Assembly (NCBI GenBank): GCA_963793425.1
Contig: CAWCAG010000007.1
Coordinates: 96,001 to 160,000 of the forward strand
Direction of reading: 5' to 3'
DNA from: an uncultured cyanobacterium
GTDB lineage: Bacteria; Cyanobacteriota; Cyanobacteriia; Cyanobacteriales; CAWCAG01
Length of the DNA stretch: 64,000 nucleotides
The notes under the pieces are model-generated. The model did no database searches and was not told the DNA's origin. It worked only from the letters and a program-made list of their open reading frames with translations. The translations under genes and the position numbers were made by a program. Shown here piece by piece: positions 1 to 9,069 of the stretch (position 1 is the first letter of the stretch; every line of letters starts with the position of its first letter).

Positions 1-1088
1 TTAGCAGGTTCAAAGGTTAAGGTTAAACCAAAGCGATCGCTAAAAGAGAGTTTTTCTTGCATGGTATCCCAAGCATGGACTTCATCATTATCTCTAGGGC
101 GGGGGCGATCAGCAAAGAATTCTCTGATTAAATGTCTGCGGTTAGAAGTAGCGTAAACCGCCACATTGTTAGCCCTGGCTGTGACACTGCCTTCTAAAAC
201 AACTTTCAAAGCTTTGAAAGCATCATCATCTTCCTCAAAAGAAAGATCATCAACAAAAATGATAAATTTTTGAGGTAAGGGGCGTAACTTTTCCACGATT
301 AAGGACAAATCTTGTAATTGTGACTTGCTTACCTCAACTAAGCGTAAACCGCGATCGCCATACTTTTGTAACAGCCCTTTGACTAAAGATGATTTCCCTG
401 AACCTCTACTACCATAAAGGAGAACATGGAGAGCATTATAGCCATTAAGAAGGAATTCTGTATTCTTCAGTAAAGCCTCCTTTTGAGACTCGTAACCGAC
501 AAGGGAGTTTAAGTTAGTGGGATCAGGATTGGCAATACCTACTAAATTATCTTGTTGCCAATTTAAGGCGCGATATTTTCCTAATAAACCAGTACCGTAT
601 TGACGGTAGTAACTGGCTAATTCTGTTAAGGAATCTGTCCAATTTTCTTGTTGGTGTAAGCAAGTTTTAGTTTCATTTCTTCCTTGCCAAGTAACAGGTT
701 GTTTTGCTGATGCCGCAACCTCTTTTACCCACAAACTCAACTGTTGTCCCGAACAATTATAAACACTCTGCAAGGCTTGCAAATCTTCCTTAGTTGCAGC
801 TAATAAAGCAGGGGGTAAATCTGGGAGGGTGCGTTTTTGTACTAGTTGAGAAAAAGGGTTATCATCCTCAAGAATTTGCTGAATTAAGTAATCTTGCCAA
901 CTTTGCTCCCTTGCTGCTAAAAGCTGAAACCATTTTCCATAAGCTTTCAAGCAAGAGAGGGGGTTGGTTTTTGGTGATTGTAGTGTTTCTAATAAGTTAA
1001 GAAATGCTTGCCCGATGGGATCGCTAAATACAGATTGATATAAAAGTAGGGAAGCGATTTCTTGTTGCAGGGCTTTACTTGAGGCCAT
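1..1088 (-). CDS. DUF815-family AAA+ ATPase (3' end runs off the window)
   Basis: Manual translation from ATG 1088: MASSKALQQEIASLLLYQSVF... The frame contains Walker A LLYGSRGSGKSSLVK and the motifs IFVDDLSFEEDDD, YATSNRRHLIRE and LSFSDRFGLTLTFEP. Confidence 0.85.
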   Translation of the reverse strand, partial: MASSKALQQEIASLLLYQSVFSDPIGQAFLNLLETLQSPKTNPLSCLKAYGKWFQLLAAREQSWQDYLIQQILEDDNPFSQLVQKRTLPDLPPALLAATKEDLQALQSVYNCSGQQLSLWVKEVAASAKQPVTWQGRNETKTCLHQQENWTDSLTELASYYRQYGTGLLGKYRALNWQQDNLVGIANPDPTNLNSLVGYESQKEALLKNTEFLLNGYNALHVLLYGSRGSGKSSLVKGLLQKYGDRGLRLVEVSKSQLQDLSLIVEKLRPLPQKFIIFVDDLSFEEDDDAFKALKVVLEGSVTARANNVAVYATSNRRHLIREFFADRPRPRDNDEVHAWDTMQEKLSFSDRFGLTLTFEPA

Positions 1089-1156
1089 GTTTACTTGAAG
1101 TGCTGGGAATTCTATTTCAGAACCGCTGAAGAGTAAGGATACTTTGTAAAATTGTG

Positions 1157-1217
1157 TTCAAGAGCGCACCTTCTCCACCATATACAGAATATCATGTCAA
1201 GGAAGAAAAAACAAGAC
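1157..1217 (-). repeat. Dispersed intergenic element, copy A
   Basis: Minus strand CCTTGACATGATATTCTGTATATGGTGGAGAAGGTGCG matches copy C (63330 onward) at 35/38 positions. The GTCTTGT-T-rich flank is also shared with copy C. Confidence 0.85.
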
Positions 1218-1257
1218 TTTTCCTGAGCTTGAAAGTGATAATATTAATTCTCAAAGC

Positions 1258-1890
1258 TTGCTCTCAAAATCAGGAAACCCCAGTCTAAGAAATGAAGTAA
1301 TTGTACAAACCTACTCCGGTGGCGCTCATTGCTGTAGCAAGTTTTCAATTTATACCTGGCAAGGGGATGGCTTTGCAGCAGAAAACACAGGCTATCTAGA
1401 TGGTATTGGGGGGGAATTTAAGGATCTTGATGGTAACGGGACTAAAGAGTTCTATGCCTTAGACAATGCCTTCTTCTACGCTTTTAGCAGCTATGTAGGG
1501 TCATTTCCCCCTTCCATGATTTTATCCCTAGAAAATGGGCAGTTTGTAGATGTAACCCAGCAATTCCGCCAAGAATTAAAAGGACAAGCATGGCGGATGT
1601 TTCAAACCTTCAGAGAAAGCCAAGCCCAAGGCTATGGAGCAAATGGTATCTTAGCAGGCTATGTAGCTCAAAAGATTTTGTTAGGTGAGTTTGATCAAGG
1701 TTGGGAATTTATGCTGGCTAACTATAATCGTACCTCTGATTGGGGACTCAACATCTACAACGATCAAGGTGATGTGATCGGAACCTACATTGATTTTCCC
1801 ACAGCACTTCGAGCTTTTCTAATTGATTTAGGATATCTTTTGCCTGATGGCACTCCTAATCCTAATCCAAATAGAGGAAAAGCAAACTAG
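1258..1890 (+). pseudogene. Hypothetical secreted-type protein, probably 5'-truncated
   Basis: Contains EVIVQTYSGGAHCC and an FG-GAP-like FKDLDGNGTKEF. There is no signal peptide and only a TTG start inside repeat-like DNA. Confidence 0.55.
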
Positions 1891-1995
1891 TGGTCTGTCA
1901 TTTTTGCTTTTGTGCGTTAACAATCTCTAAAACTCTTTTAGGACAAGGTATAAAAAAGCGAGTAACCCATATTATCGAGATTGACAGACCACTAG
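1887..1995. mobile_element. MITE (109 bp) with 14-bp terminal inverted repeats
   Basis: CTAGTGGTCTGTCA (1887-1900) and TGACAGACCACTAG (1982-1995) are perfect inverted repeats, with no ORF between them. Confidence 0.8.
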
Positions 1996-2064
1996 ACTAA
2001 CTTGATGTGGAAAAAAGCTCAGTTTGAACGCCTCTTAGCTGATTGAGATAAATTCTGTATAGGC

Positions 2065-2102
2065 AAAAAAAGGTGGAAGCCACCAGCAAAAGCGCTTCCA
2101 CC
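2065..2102 (-). terminator. Rho-independent terminator
   Basis: 9-bp GGTGGAAGC/GCTTCCACC stem followed by T7 on the minus strand. Confidence 0.8.
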
Positions 2103-2229
2103 AAGAGTACCAAAACCTGAAGAGGTTGTTATGCATACCTTATACAATAGGGTCTTCGAGCTTTTTAGTCAGTGAGATAGGTACATCAAAGAGGTGAGTT
2201 TTAGAGGCTAATCTGGTGAATTTTATCGG
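2065..2229 (-). ncRNA. psrR1: Probable sRNA PsrR1 (SyR1) homolog
   Basis: Minus strand has CATACT (-10-like, 2240-2235), a CTCGAAGAC motif (2160-2152) that I recall from PsrR1, and a terminator. It lies next to radA-rpaB. The 5' end is estimated. Confidence 0.5.
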
Positions 2230-2380
2230 CTTAAAGTATGACTAATTCAGTGAATTTTTGTAATCTGAGTCACAAGGGTAGTTAAGTAACTGGCGATCGC
2301 AAAGCCTCCTGCAACGCTCAATTGAGCAAATCGTTTAGTAAGAAAAAGTATCACTTATAACTCGCTGCTGCTCCGTACTA

Positions 2381-3906
2381 TTAATTTTCTTCTCCCTCAT
2401 CCATAGCAAAACTTTCCCTGCTACCACCAAAATTAGCCTGGGGAGGAATAGCTGCCACGATCGCATCAATAACTTTAGATACAGGAATAATTTCTAAACC
2501 AAGATCGGTTGGATAAGTTTGTCCGTGGGGAACAATTGCACGACGAAAACCTAACTTGGCCGCCTCTTTCAGCCTTAATTCCATTTGCCCCACTAACCTT
2601 ACCTGCCCCCCTAAACCAACTTCTCCAATCAAAACCGTGCGAGTATCAACAATGCGATCCCGGAAACTAGCAACCACAGCAATAGCTACCCCCAAGTCGG
2701 CTGCTGGCTCTGCTACTCCTAGGCCCCCTGCCGAAGCTACATAAGCATCAAGCTTAGAAAGAGGAATACCAACTCGTTTTTCCAACACAGCGAGGATCTG
2801 TTGCAAGCGGCTATAATCAACTCCGGTGGTAGAACGACGGGGAGAAGCGTAACTGGTGGGGCTAACAAGGGCCTGCAATTCTACCATCAAAGAACGGGTT
2901 CCTTCACAAGCAACCACTGTAGCTGAACCGGGGGAAGCTTCTTCTCTGTTACCTAAAAATAACTCCGAAGGATTAGATACCTCTGCTAAGCCACTTTCTA
3001 CCATTTCAAAAATACCAATCTCATGGGTAGAGCCAAAACGGTTTTTCACCGAACGCAGGAGGCGATGAGAAGCATAGCGATCGCCTTCAAAATAGAGTAC
3101 TGTATCAACCAAATGTTCCAAAACTCTTGCCCGGCGATCGCCCCTTCTTTGGTAACATGGCCCACAATTAATAAAGAAATATTTTCCCGCTTAGCAACTT
3201 GCATCAAAGCCGAAGTACATTCCCGTACCTGTGCCACACTACCAGGAGCAGAAGTAAGGGAAGCAAAATAAAGGGTTTGAATACTATCAATAACTGCCAC
3301 TACGGGTTTAAGGGATTCCAATTCCCGAAGAATTTCTTCTAAATCTGTTTCTGGCAACACATAAAGGTCAGGCTCAGTACTTTTCTTTTTTGCCCTAGAA
3401 GATTTACCATTAGATTGCTCTGGATTAGGCTGCAATTCTTCACCAGTCCACAAACGGGAAGCCCGAAGTTTAACCTGCTGCCCTGACTCTTCTGCTGAAA
3501 CATAAAGAACACGATGCTTTTTTTGTGCCAATTGATGGGCGGTTTGTAGCAACAAGGTTGATTTACCAATACCAGGATCACCACCAATCAAAACTAAAGA
3601 ACCTGGTACAACTCCTCCCCCTAATACTCGGTTAAATTCTTCGTAACCAGAATCAATTCTCTGTTGAACATCAGAAGAGATATCAGAAAACTTCACCGAA
3701 GCACGGGGTTGTGCCGCACCTTTGGTTTTGGTATTTTGGTGGGTACGAGATTGCCATCCTCCTCGACTCACTTGCAAAGAGTCACTGGGGGCAACTAGCT
3801 GCTCTTCCAGAGTGCCATAGGTTCCACAGCTTGGACATTTACCAAACCATTGAGCAGAGTCTGCACCGCATTCACTACAAACGTAGACAGTTTTAGCTTT
3901 GGGCAT
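2381..3906 (-). CDS. radA: DNA repair protein RadA/Sms (1-bp frameshift at ~3130)
   Basis: Zn finger CSECG...CPSC, Walker A GGDPGIGKST, KNRFG motif and Lon-like C-terminus. Split across two ORFs at GAIAG/PRVLEHLVD. Confidence 0.95.
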
Positions 3907-4133
3907 TTTACGTTTTGTTAAAAAATATCACTAATTGAAAGCAAATCTGCTTACCAAAAAAATAAAGCCAATCTTAAAAAATCTTTATCTTTAGGCAGCC
4001 AACTAACAAATTAAGCTTGAAACCCTACGAGAAAGAGATATTCTATATAAACGAGGTACTAAAAAACACCGTCGTACTTAAAATTTAACTTAATGTTTAG
4101 TAATCTCTCGCAAGATAAGGAGTGTCGAGTTAC

Positions 4134-4865
4134 TTGGAAACCCATAAAGAAAAAATCCTAGTAGTCGATGACGAGGCTAGTATCAGACGTATCTTAGAAA
4201 CCAGACTTTCTATGATTGGTTACGATGTCGTTACGGCTGCCGACGGGGAAGAAGCCCTAGATACTTTCCGTAATGCTGACCCAGACTTAGTTGTCTTGGA
4301 TGTTATGATGCCAAAGCTTGATGGCTATGGCGTATGTCAGGAATTACGCAAAGAATCCGATATACCTATTATTATGCTAACTGCTCTAGGAGATGTTGCA
4401 GATAGGATTACCGGTTTAGAACTAGGGGCAGATGATTATGTTGTCAAGCCTTTTTCCCCAAAAGAATTAGAAGCAAGAATTCGCTCAGTCCTCAGACGAG
4501 TGGAAAAAAATGGGACTCCTGGAATTCCTAGTTCTGGAGTGATTCATGTCGGTTCAATTAAAATTGATACGAATAAGCGACAAGTCTATAAAGGCGACGA
4601 ACGCATTCGCTTAACAGGAATGGAGTTCAGCTTATTGGAGTTATTAGTTAGCCGTTCAGGAGAACCCTTTTCTCGCTCAGAAATTCTCCAAGAAGTTTGG
4701 GGTTATACCCCTGAACGTCATGTTGATACCAGAGTAGTTGACGTTCATATTTCTAGGTTGAGGGCGAAATTAGAAGATGATCCTAGCAATCCAGAATTAA
4801 TTCTGACTGCTAGGGGAACGGGTTATTTGTTTCAAAGAATCTTGGAAGCAGGGGAGGAGTTGTGA
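4134..4865 (+). CDS. rpaB: OmpR-family response regulator RpaB (Ycf27)
   Basis: METHKEKILVVDDEASIRRILETRLSMIGY... and WGYTPERHVDTRVVDVHISRLRAKLEDDPSNPELILTARGTGY. Probable TTG start at 4134. Confidence 0.95.
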   Translation: METHKEKILVVDDEASIRRILETRLSMIGYDVVTAADGEEALDTFRNADPDLVVLDVMMPKLDGYGVCQELRKESDIPIIMLTALGDVADRITGLELGADDYVVKPFSPKELEARIRSVLRRVEKNGTPGIPSSGVIHVGSIKIDTNKRQVYKGDERIRLTGMEFSLLELLVSRSGEPFSRSEILQEVWGYTPERHVDTRVVDVHISRLRAKLEDDPSNPELILTARGTGYLFQRILEAGEEL

Positions 4866-4950
4866 TGGGGAACTGCGGAAATGGGGTTCGCGTAAGCGTT
4901 GTCGTTAGACTACTAGGGAGCTAGGGAACTGGGGAAATAGGATGAATAAT

Positions 4951-5004
4951 TAGCAACTAGCCATTAGCAACTAGCAACTAGCAACTAGCGATTAGCGACT
5001 AGCA
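4951..5004 (+). repeat. STRR heptamer tandem repeat (TAGCAAC)n
   Basis: About 8 degenerate TAGCAAC units between convergent rpaB and msrP. Confidence 0.85.
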
Positions 5005-5008
5005 AAAC

Positions 5009-5992
5009 TTAACTATATAAATCAGCTACATACTCTCCATAACCGTTATAAAGAAGAGTTTCCTTCTTCTCCCAACTTAAATTTGGCCCTTTACTAATAA
5101 ACTTCTCTGTGGCTTGTGACCAACGAGGATGGGGAACTTGTGGTTCAACATTAGCCTCAAAGCCATACTCATTAGGGGCAATAGTGTTCCAGTAGGTATC
5201 GGGCTGATTATCTACAAACTCGATTTTGACAATAGATTTAGCTCCTTTAAAACCGTATTTCCAGGGTAAAACGGCCCTAATTGGCGCACCATGTTGTTTT
5301 GGTAATAGGTGGCCATAAATACCTACAGCAAAGAAGGCTAACTCATTGGCCATTTCTTCAATACGCAAGCCTTCATGATAAGGCCAAGGAAGGGAACCGA
5401 GGTGCAAGCCAGGGCCTGTAGTAATTTGAGGATCATAAAAAGAGGTAAAACGAACAAACTTAGCTTTAGAAGTAGGATCAACATCTTTGAGTAAAGCCTT
5501 CATCGGAAAACCCAACCAAGGTAAAACCATTGACCAAGCTTCAACACAGCGGAAACGGTGAATTCTCTCTTCTAAAGGAAACTTTTTTTTAAGAGTATCT
5601 AAATCATAGGTTTGAGGGTTATTCACCAATCCACCTACCTCAACTTGCCAATCTTCGGTAGGTAAATTTTGCGCTTTAAGCCAAATTCCTTTATTCCCCC
5701 CGAACTCATAAAAATTATTATATTTACCTGCTAACAATTCATCAGTAATTGGTCGATTTACCTTGGCAAAATCTTGATTAGTTTTAACTCCTTTTATTTT
5801 TGCTAAATCCAGGGTTGCAGCTAAAGCTTTTTCCGAAGCAGACTGCTGACAACTAGCAAGGGGTAGCAAAGTACCACCAATACCTGCCCCTACCAAAGTT
5901 TTGAGAAAGCGACGGCGGTTGAGATAAGAAGTCCGGTTAGTAACTTCTGCTTCGGAAATTTGCCAAGATTGAGGAATGCGAATCAGGGTCAT
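5009..5992 (-). CDS. msrP: Protein-methionine-sulfoxide reductase catalytic subunit MsrP
   Basis: Tat motif NRRRFLK, plus YNNFYEF, RFRCVEAWSMV, HGAPIR and PWKYGFK. Confidence 0.93.
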   Translation of the reverse strand: MTLIRIPQSWQISEAEVTNRTSYLNRRRFLKTLVGAGIGGTLLPLASCQQSASEKALAATLDLAKIKGVKTNQDFAKVNRPITDELLAGKYNNFYEFGGNKGIWLKAQNLPTEDWQVEVGGLVNNPQTYDLDTLKKKFPLEERIHRFRCVEAWSMVLPWLGFPMKALLKDVDPTSKAKFVRFTSFYDPQITTGPGLHLGSLPWPYHEGLRIEEMANELAFFAVGIYGHLLPKQHGAPIRAVLPWKYGFKGAKSIVKIEFVDNQPDTYWNTIAPNEYGFEANVEPQVPHPRWSQATEKFISKGPNLSWEKKETLLYNGYGEYVADLYS

Positions 5993-6365
5993 AAAAATTA
6001 GGTTCAATAGCGATGAGTAATATTACTCGTCAATACACTTAGAAAGGTGACTGATTAAGAGTTGCCACCTTTTTATAAGATATCAAGCTTAATAAAACCT
6101 TACAAAAATTAGCGCTTACCTTTTAAGTTTCTTTATTCTACTTCAGACATAAGGCTTGCGCCCCTAAATTTTCAGTTCAAAACTAGACACAATAACCCTC
6201 AACAAACCATTTTCTTCACCTGATAAGCACTCCTTTTTTGTACGATAAGTTCATAAGCATCATAAATAATGAGATTGCCGTAAATTAATCGACCAATTGC
6301 TTGCTACCAGACCAAATCTAGAGAACAAATGAATTAATTCTTACCGAACCGGGAGAAAGGGGATT

Positions 6366-8378
6366 TTGCCAAGGAAAAAACCACAAACGAAATTAAAGAG
6401 CATCTCAAATTCTGTGTTGGCAGATTTGCTCAAAATGTTACCGAATTGGCGGCAACAGATGTACTTTAAATCTTCCTTAACTGCTCTTTCCCACGCCATG
6501 GAAGATTTGGTCTTGGCTAGTTCTGAGGAAACTTTGGTAATTGCTAGTTTCCAACGGGAGCGTTTTTATCGTCAAGAAGCCAATCGCTACAGGCGCATTG
6601 CCGAAAAAAGCACTCAAGTTTATGTACTAGCAGCGCCAGAAACGGATTTTGAGAATAGCTCAGAACTATATGAAACAGTTGCTTTTGGTACTGAAGATGC
6701 CTTGTGTTTAGAATGGCATTTAGTGGCAGTTTCCCAGCAATATGCTACTTGCTTGATTTGCCGAGAAAAATTATCCCCAGAAGCTGATTCTCCTCGTCCC
6801 GAAGGAGATGTTAACAGGGTGGATTCTTCCCGTCGCTTTGAAGGAGTCTGGACTTTTGATCGTCAAGTGAGTTGTTATGCTGCTGAGATATTACTCCAGC
6901 GTATTAGTGATTATCGCCCGGAGTTGGTAGAAAAAATTGAGCAAGCCAGAGAAATTTACCTGCGGGAAACTTTAGCAACAGCACAAATAGCGGAACTTTT
7001 GCAACAAGCTTCTCCTTCGGCCCATCCTGACCCTTTTGTACAAAGGTTAGTAACTTATCTTCAAGCGGGACAATACAAACTTCTTAAAGCTTACCGTTCC
7101 ATTGCTGCCAAACAAGAAAGAGAGCGTTTGCTCCATTCTATGACCGTTGCTATTCGGCGATCGCTTAATCCTGAAGAAATTCTCCAAGTAGCTGTACGGG
7201 AGTTAGGGAAAGCCTTAGACAGTTGTCGAACCTTAATTTATAGGTGTCAAGAAGATGATAAGACAGCAACTTTAAACCACGAATTCTTAGCTCCTCAGAT
7301 TGAGTCTTTACAAGGGAGACAATGGCCTCTCAAAAATAATCCCCTCCTGCAACAAGTCATCAAACAGAAAGAATCTCTTCAGTTTGAAGATGTTCTCCAA
7401 GACTCCCGCATCACCGGAGAATCTCTTCACAGCTTGCTGCAACGTTGTGGCCTTGTTTCTTGGCTCATGGTTCCAGTTCTCTATCAAGACCGACTCCTGG
7501 GCATGGTAGAGCTGCATCACTGCCATCCTGACGGGATTCAGTGGGCAGAAGAAGAAGTTACTTTAGTCGAGGCGATCGCAACTCAAGTTGGGGTAGCCCT
7601 AATTCAAGCTGAAGCCTATGCTAACCTGGAAGACCTCAATCAACAGCTAGAGGCCCTCGACCGCACTCGGAGCAACCTAGTAGCCATCACCGGCCACGAA
7701 TTGCGTACTCCCCTCTCCACCATCCAAATTTGTTTAGAAAGCTTAGCCAGCGAACCGGATATGCCACCGGAATTACGCCAAACAATGCTTAGCACAGCCC
7801 TTAGCGATGCTGAAAGGATGCGGAAGTTAGTACAGGATTTTCTGACCCTTTCCCGCTTAGAAGGTGGTCGAGTGGAATGGAATCCAGAACCTCTATCCTT
7901 AAGGGAATGTATTGATTTGGCCCTGAGCAATGTTAGAGCCAGGAACCGGAAACAAGAAATCCCTGACTTAACAATCGCCAACTTACCCAACCTTCCCTTA
8001 GTTCAAGCAGACGGAGAATGGTTGGTAGAGGTATTAGCCAAACTTTTAGACAACGCTTGTAAATTTACTTCCTCAGAGGGGCAAGTGATCATTGGAGCCA
8101 AAACCAACGGTACTCAAATGATTGATGTCACTGTAGCTGATACAGGTAGAGGTATTGAAGCCACTCGCTTAGAAACCGTATTTGACCGCTTTTATCAAGA
8201 AGAAGGAGCCTTACGACGCACCACAGGGGGAACAGGATTAGGATTAGCAATCTGTCGCCAAATTGTCAGGGGTTGGGGAGGAAAAATTTGGGCTGAGTCT
8301 CAAGGTAAAGAAAAGGGTTGTAAATTTCACTTCACAGTCCCTATAGCCAACGGCAATTCCAGTTATCCAAACCCCTAA
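6366..8378 (+). CDS. DICT-GAF sensor histidine kinase
   Basis: N-terminal DICT (YFKSSLTALSHAMED, ASFQRERFYRQEA), GAF, HisKA (GHELRTPL) and HATPase (LDNACKFT, GTGLGL). Start uncertain. Confidence 0.88.
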   Translation: MPRKKPQTKLKSISNSVLADLLKMLPNWRQQMYFKSSLTALSHAMEDLVLASSEETLVIASFQRERFYRQEANRYRRIAEKSTQVYVLAAPETDFENSSELYETVAFGTEDALCLEWHLVAVSQQYATCLICREKLSPEADSPRPEGDVNRVDSSRRFEGVWTFDRQVSCYAAEILLQRISDYRPELVEKIEQAREIYLRETLATAQIAELLQQASPSAHPDPFVQRLVTYLQAGQYKLLKAYRSIAAKQERERLLHSMTVAIRRSLNPEEILQVAVRELGKALDSCRTLIYRCQEDDKTATLNHEFLAPQIESLQGRQWPLKNNPLLQQVIKQKESLQFEDVLQDSRITGESLHSLLQRCGLVSWLMVPVLYQDRLLGMVELHHCHPDGIQWAEEEVTLVEAIATQVGVALIQAEAYANLEDLNQQLEALDRTRSNLVAITGHELRTPLSTIQICLESLASEPDMPPELRQTMLSTALSDAERMRKLVQDFLTLSRLEGGRVEWNPEPLSLRECIDLALSNVRARNRKQEIPDLTIANLPNLPLVQADGEWLVEVLAKLLDNACKFTSSEGQVIIGAKTNGTQMIDVTVADTGRGIEATRLETVFDRFYQEEGALRRTTGGTGLGLAICRQIVRGWGGKIWAESQGKEKGCKFHFTVPIANGNSSYPNP

Positions 8379-8429
8379 CGAAGGCTAAACCCCAACAATC
8401 AAAAAACAAGTCACCAAATGCCAACAACT

Positions 8430-8447
8430 GTTACAGTTCTTGACAGT
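8430..8447 (+). promoter_or_regulatory. HLR1-like RpaB binding site upstream of psaD
   Basis: GTTACAGT-tc-TTGACAGT resembles the HLR1 direct repeat KTTACAWW-N2-KTTACAWW. PSI promoters are established RpaB targets. Confidence 0.5.
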
Positions 8448-8510
8448 TTTAAAAAGGGAGATTTCTTCGGTGATAGCATTCCCTTGATACTCTTTAAATA
8501 AATAAGGAAC

Positions 8511-8939
8511 ATGGCAGAAGAACTTTCTGGAAAAACTCCTATATTTGGTGGTAGCACTGGCGGCTTACTTTTAGCCGCTGAGCAAGAAGAGAAATACGCT
8601 ATTACTTGGACTAGCTCTAAAGAGCAAGTTTTTGAGATGCCCACAGGGGGCGCTGCAATTATGCACGGTGGAGAAAACTTGCTTTATTTAGCTCGTAAGG
8701 AACAGTGTTTAGCTCTAGGAGCCCAATTTAGGACTCAATTTAAGCCTAGGATTCAAGATTATAAAATTTATCGAATCTATCCTAGTGGCGAAGTTCAGTA
8801 TCTCCATCCCGCTGATGGTGTCTTCCCTGAGAAGGTTAATGAAGGTCGTCCTTATGAAGGCAAAAAAGATCGTAAGATTGGCAATAACCCAGAACCAGCA
8901 CCTCTGAAATTCTCCGGTAAAGCTCCTTACGAAGTTTAA
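8511..8939 (+). CDS. psaD: Photosystem I subunit II PsaD
   Basis: [31 protein letters not shown] and [12 protein letters not shown]. Confidence 0.97.
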   Translation: MAEELSGKTPIFGGSTGGLLLAAEQEEKYAITWTSSKEQVFEMPTGGAAIMHGGENLLYLARKEQCLALGAQFRTQFKPRIQDYKIYRIYPSGEVQYLHPADGVFPEKVNEGRPYEGKKDRKIGNNPEPAPLKFSGKAPYEV

Positions 8940-8944
8940 ATGTA

Positions 8945-9061
8945 GCTAATGGCTAATGGCTAATAGTGAGTAGGTAATAGGTAATGGGTAATAGGTAATG
9001 CTTTTTTCCTGATTTCCTAGCCTTCTACCTACCTACTCCCTACTCCCTGCTCCCTACTCCC
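8945..9061 (+). repeat. STRR heptamer cluster (GCTAATG, TAGGTAA, CTACTCC)
   Basis: Three short tandem heptamer runs between psaD and trpE. Confidence 0.8.
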
Positions 9062-9069
9062 TTCTTCTT

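Noticed and set aside
3118..3145. Programmed ribosomal frameshifting in radA or dxs
   Set aside because: There is no slippery heptamer or known precedent, and a single-base sequencing error explains both.
4951..5004. Tandem repeats as a possible CRISPR array
   Set aside because: The units are 7 bp with no unique spacers (STRR type), and there are no cas genes in the window.
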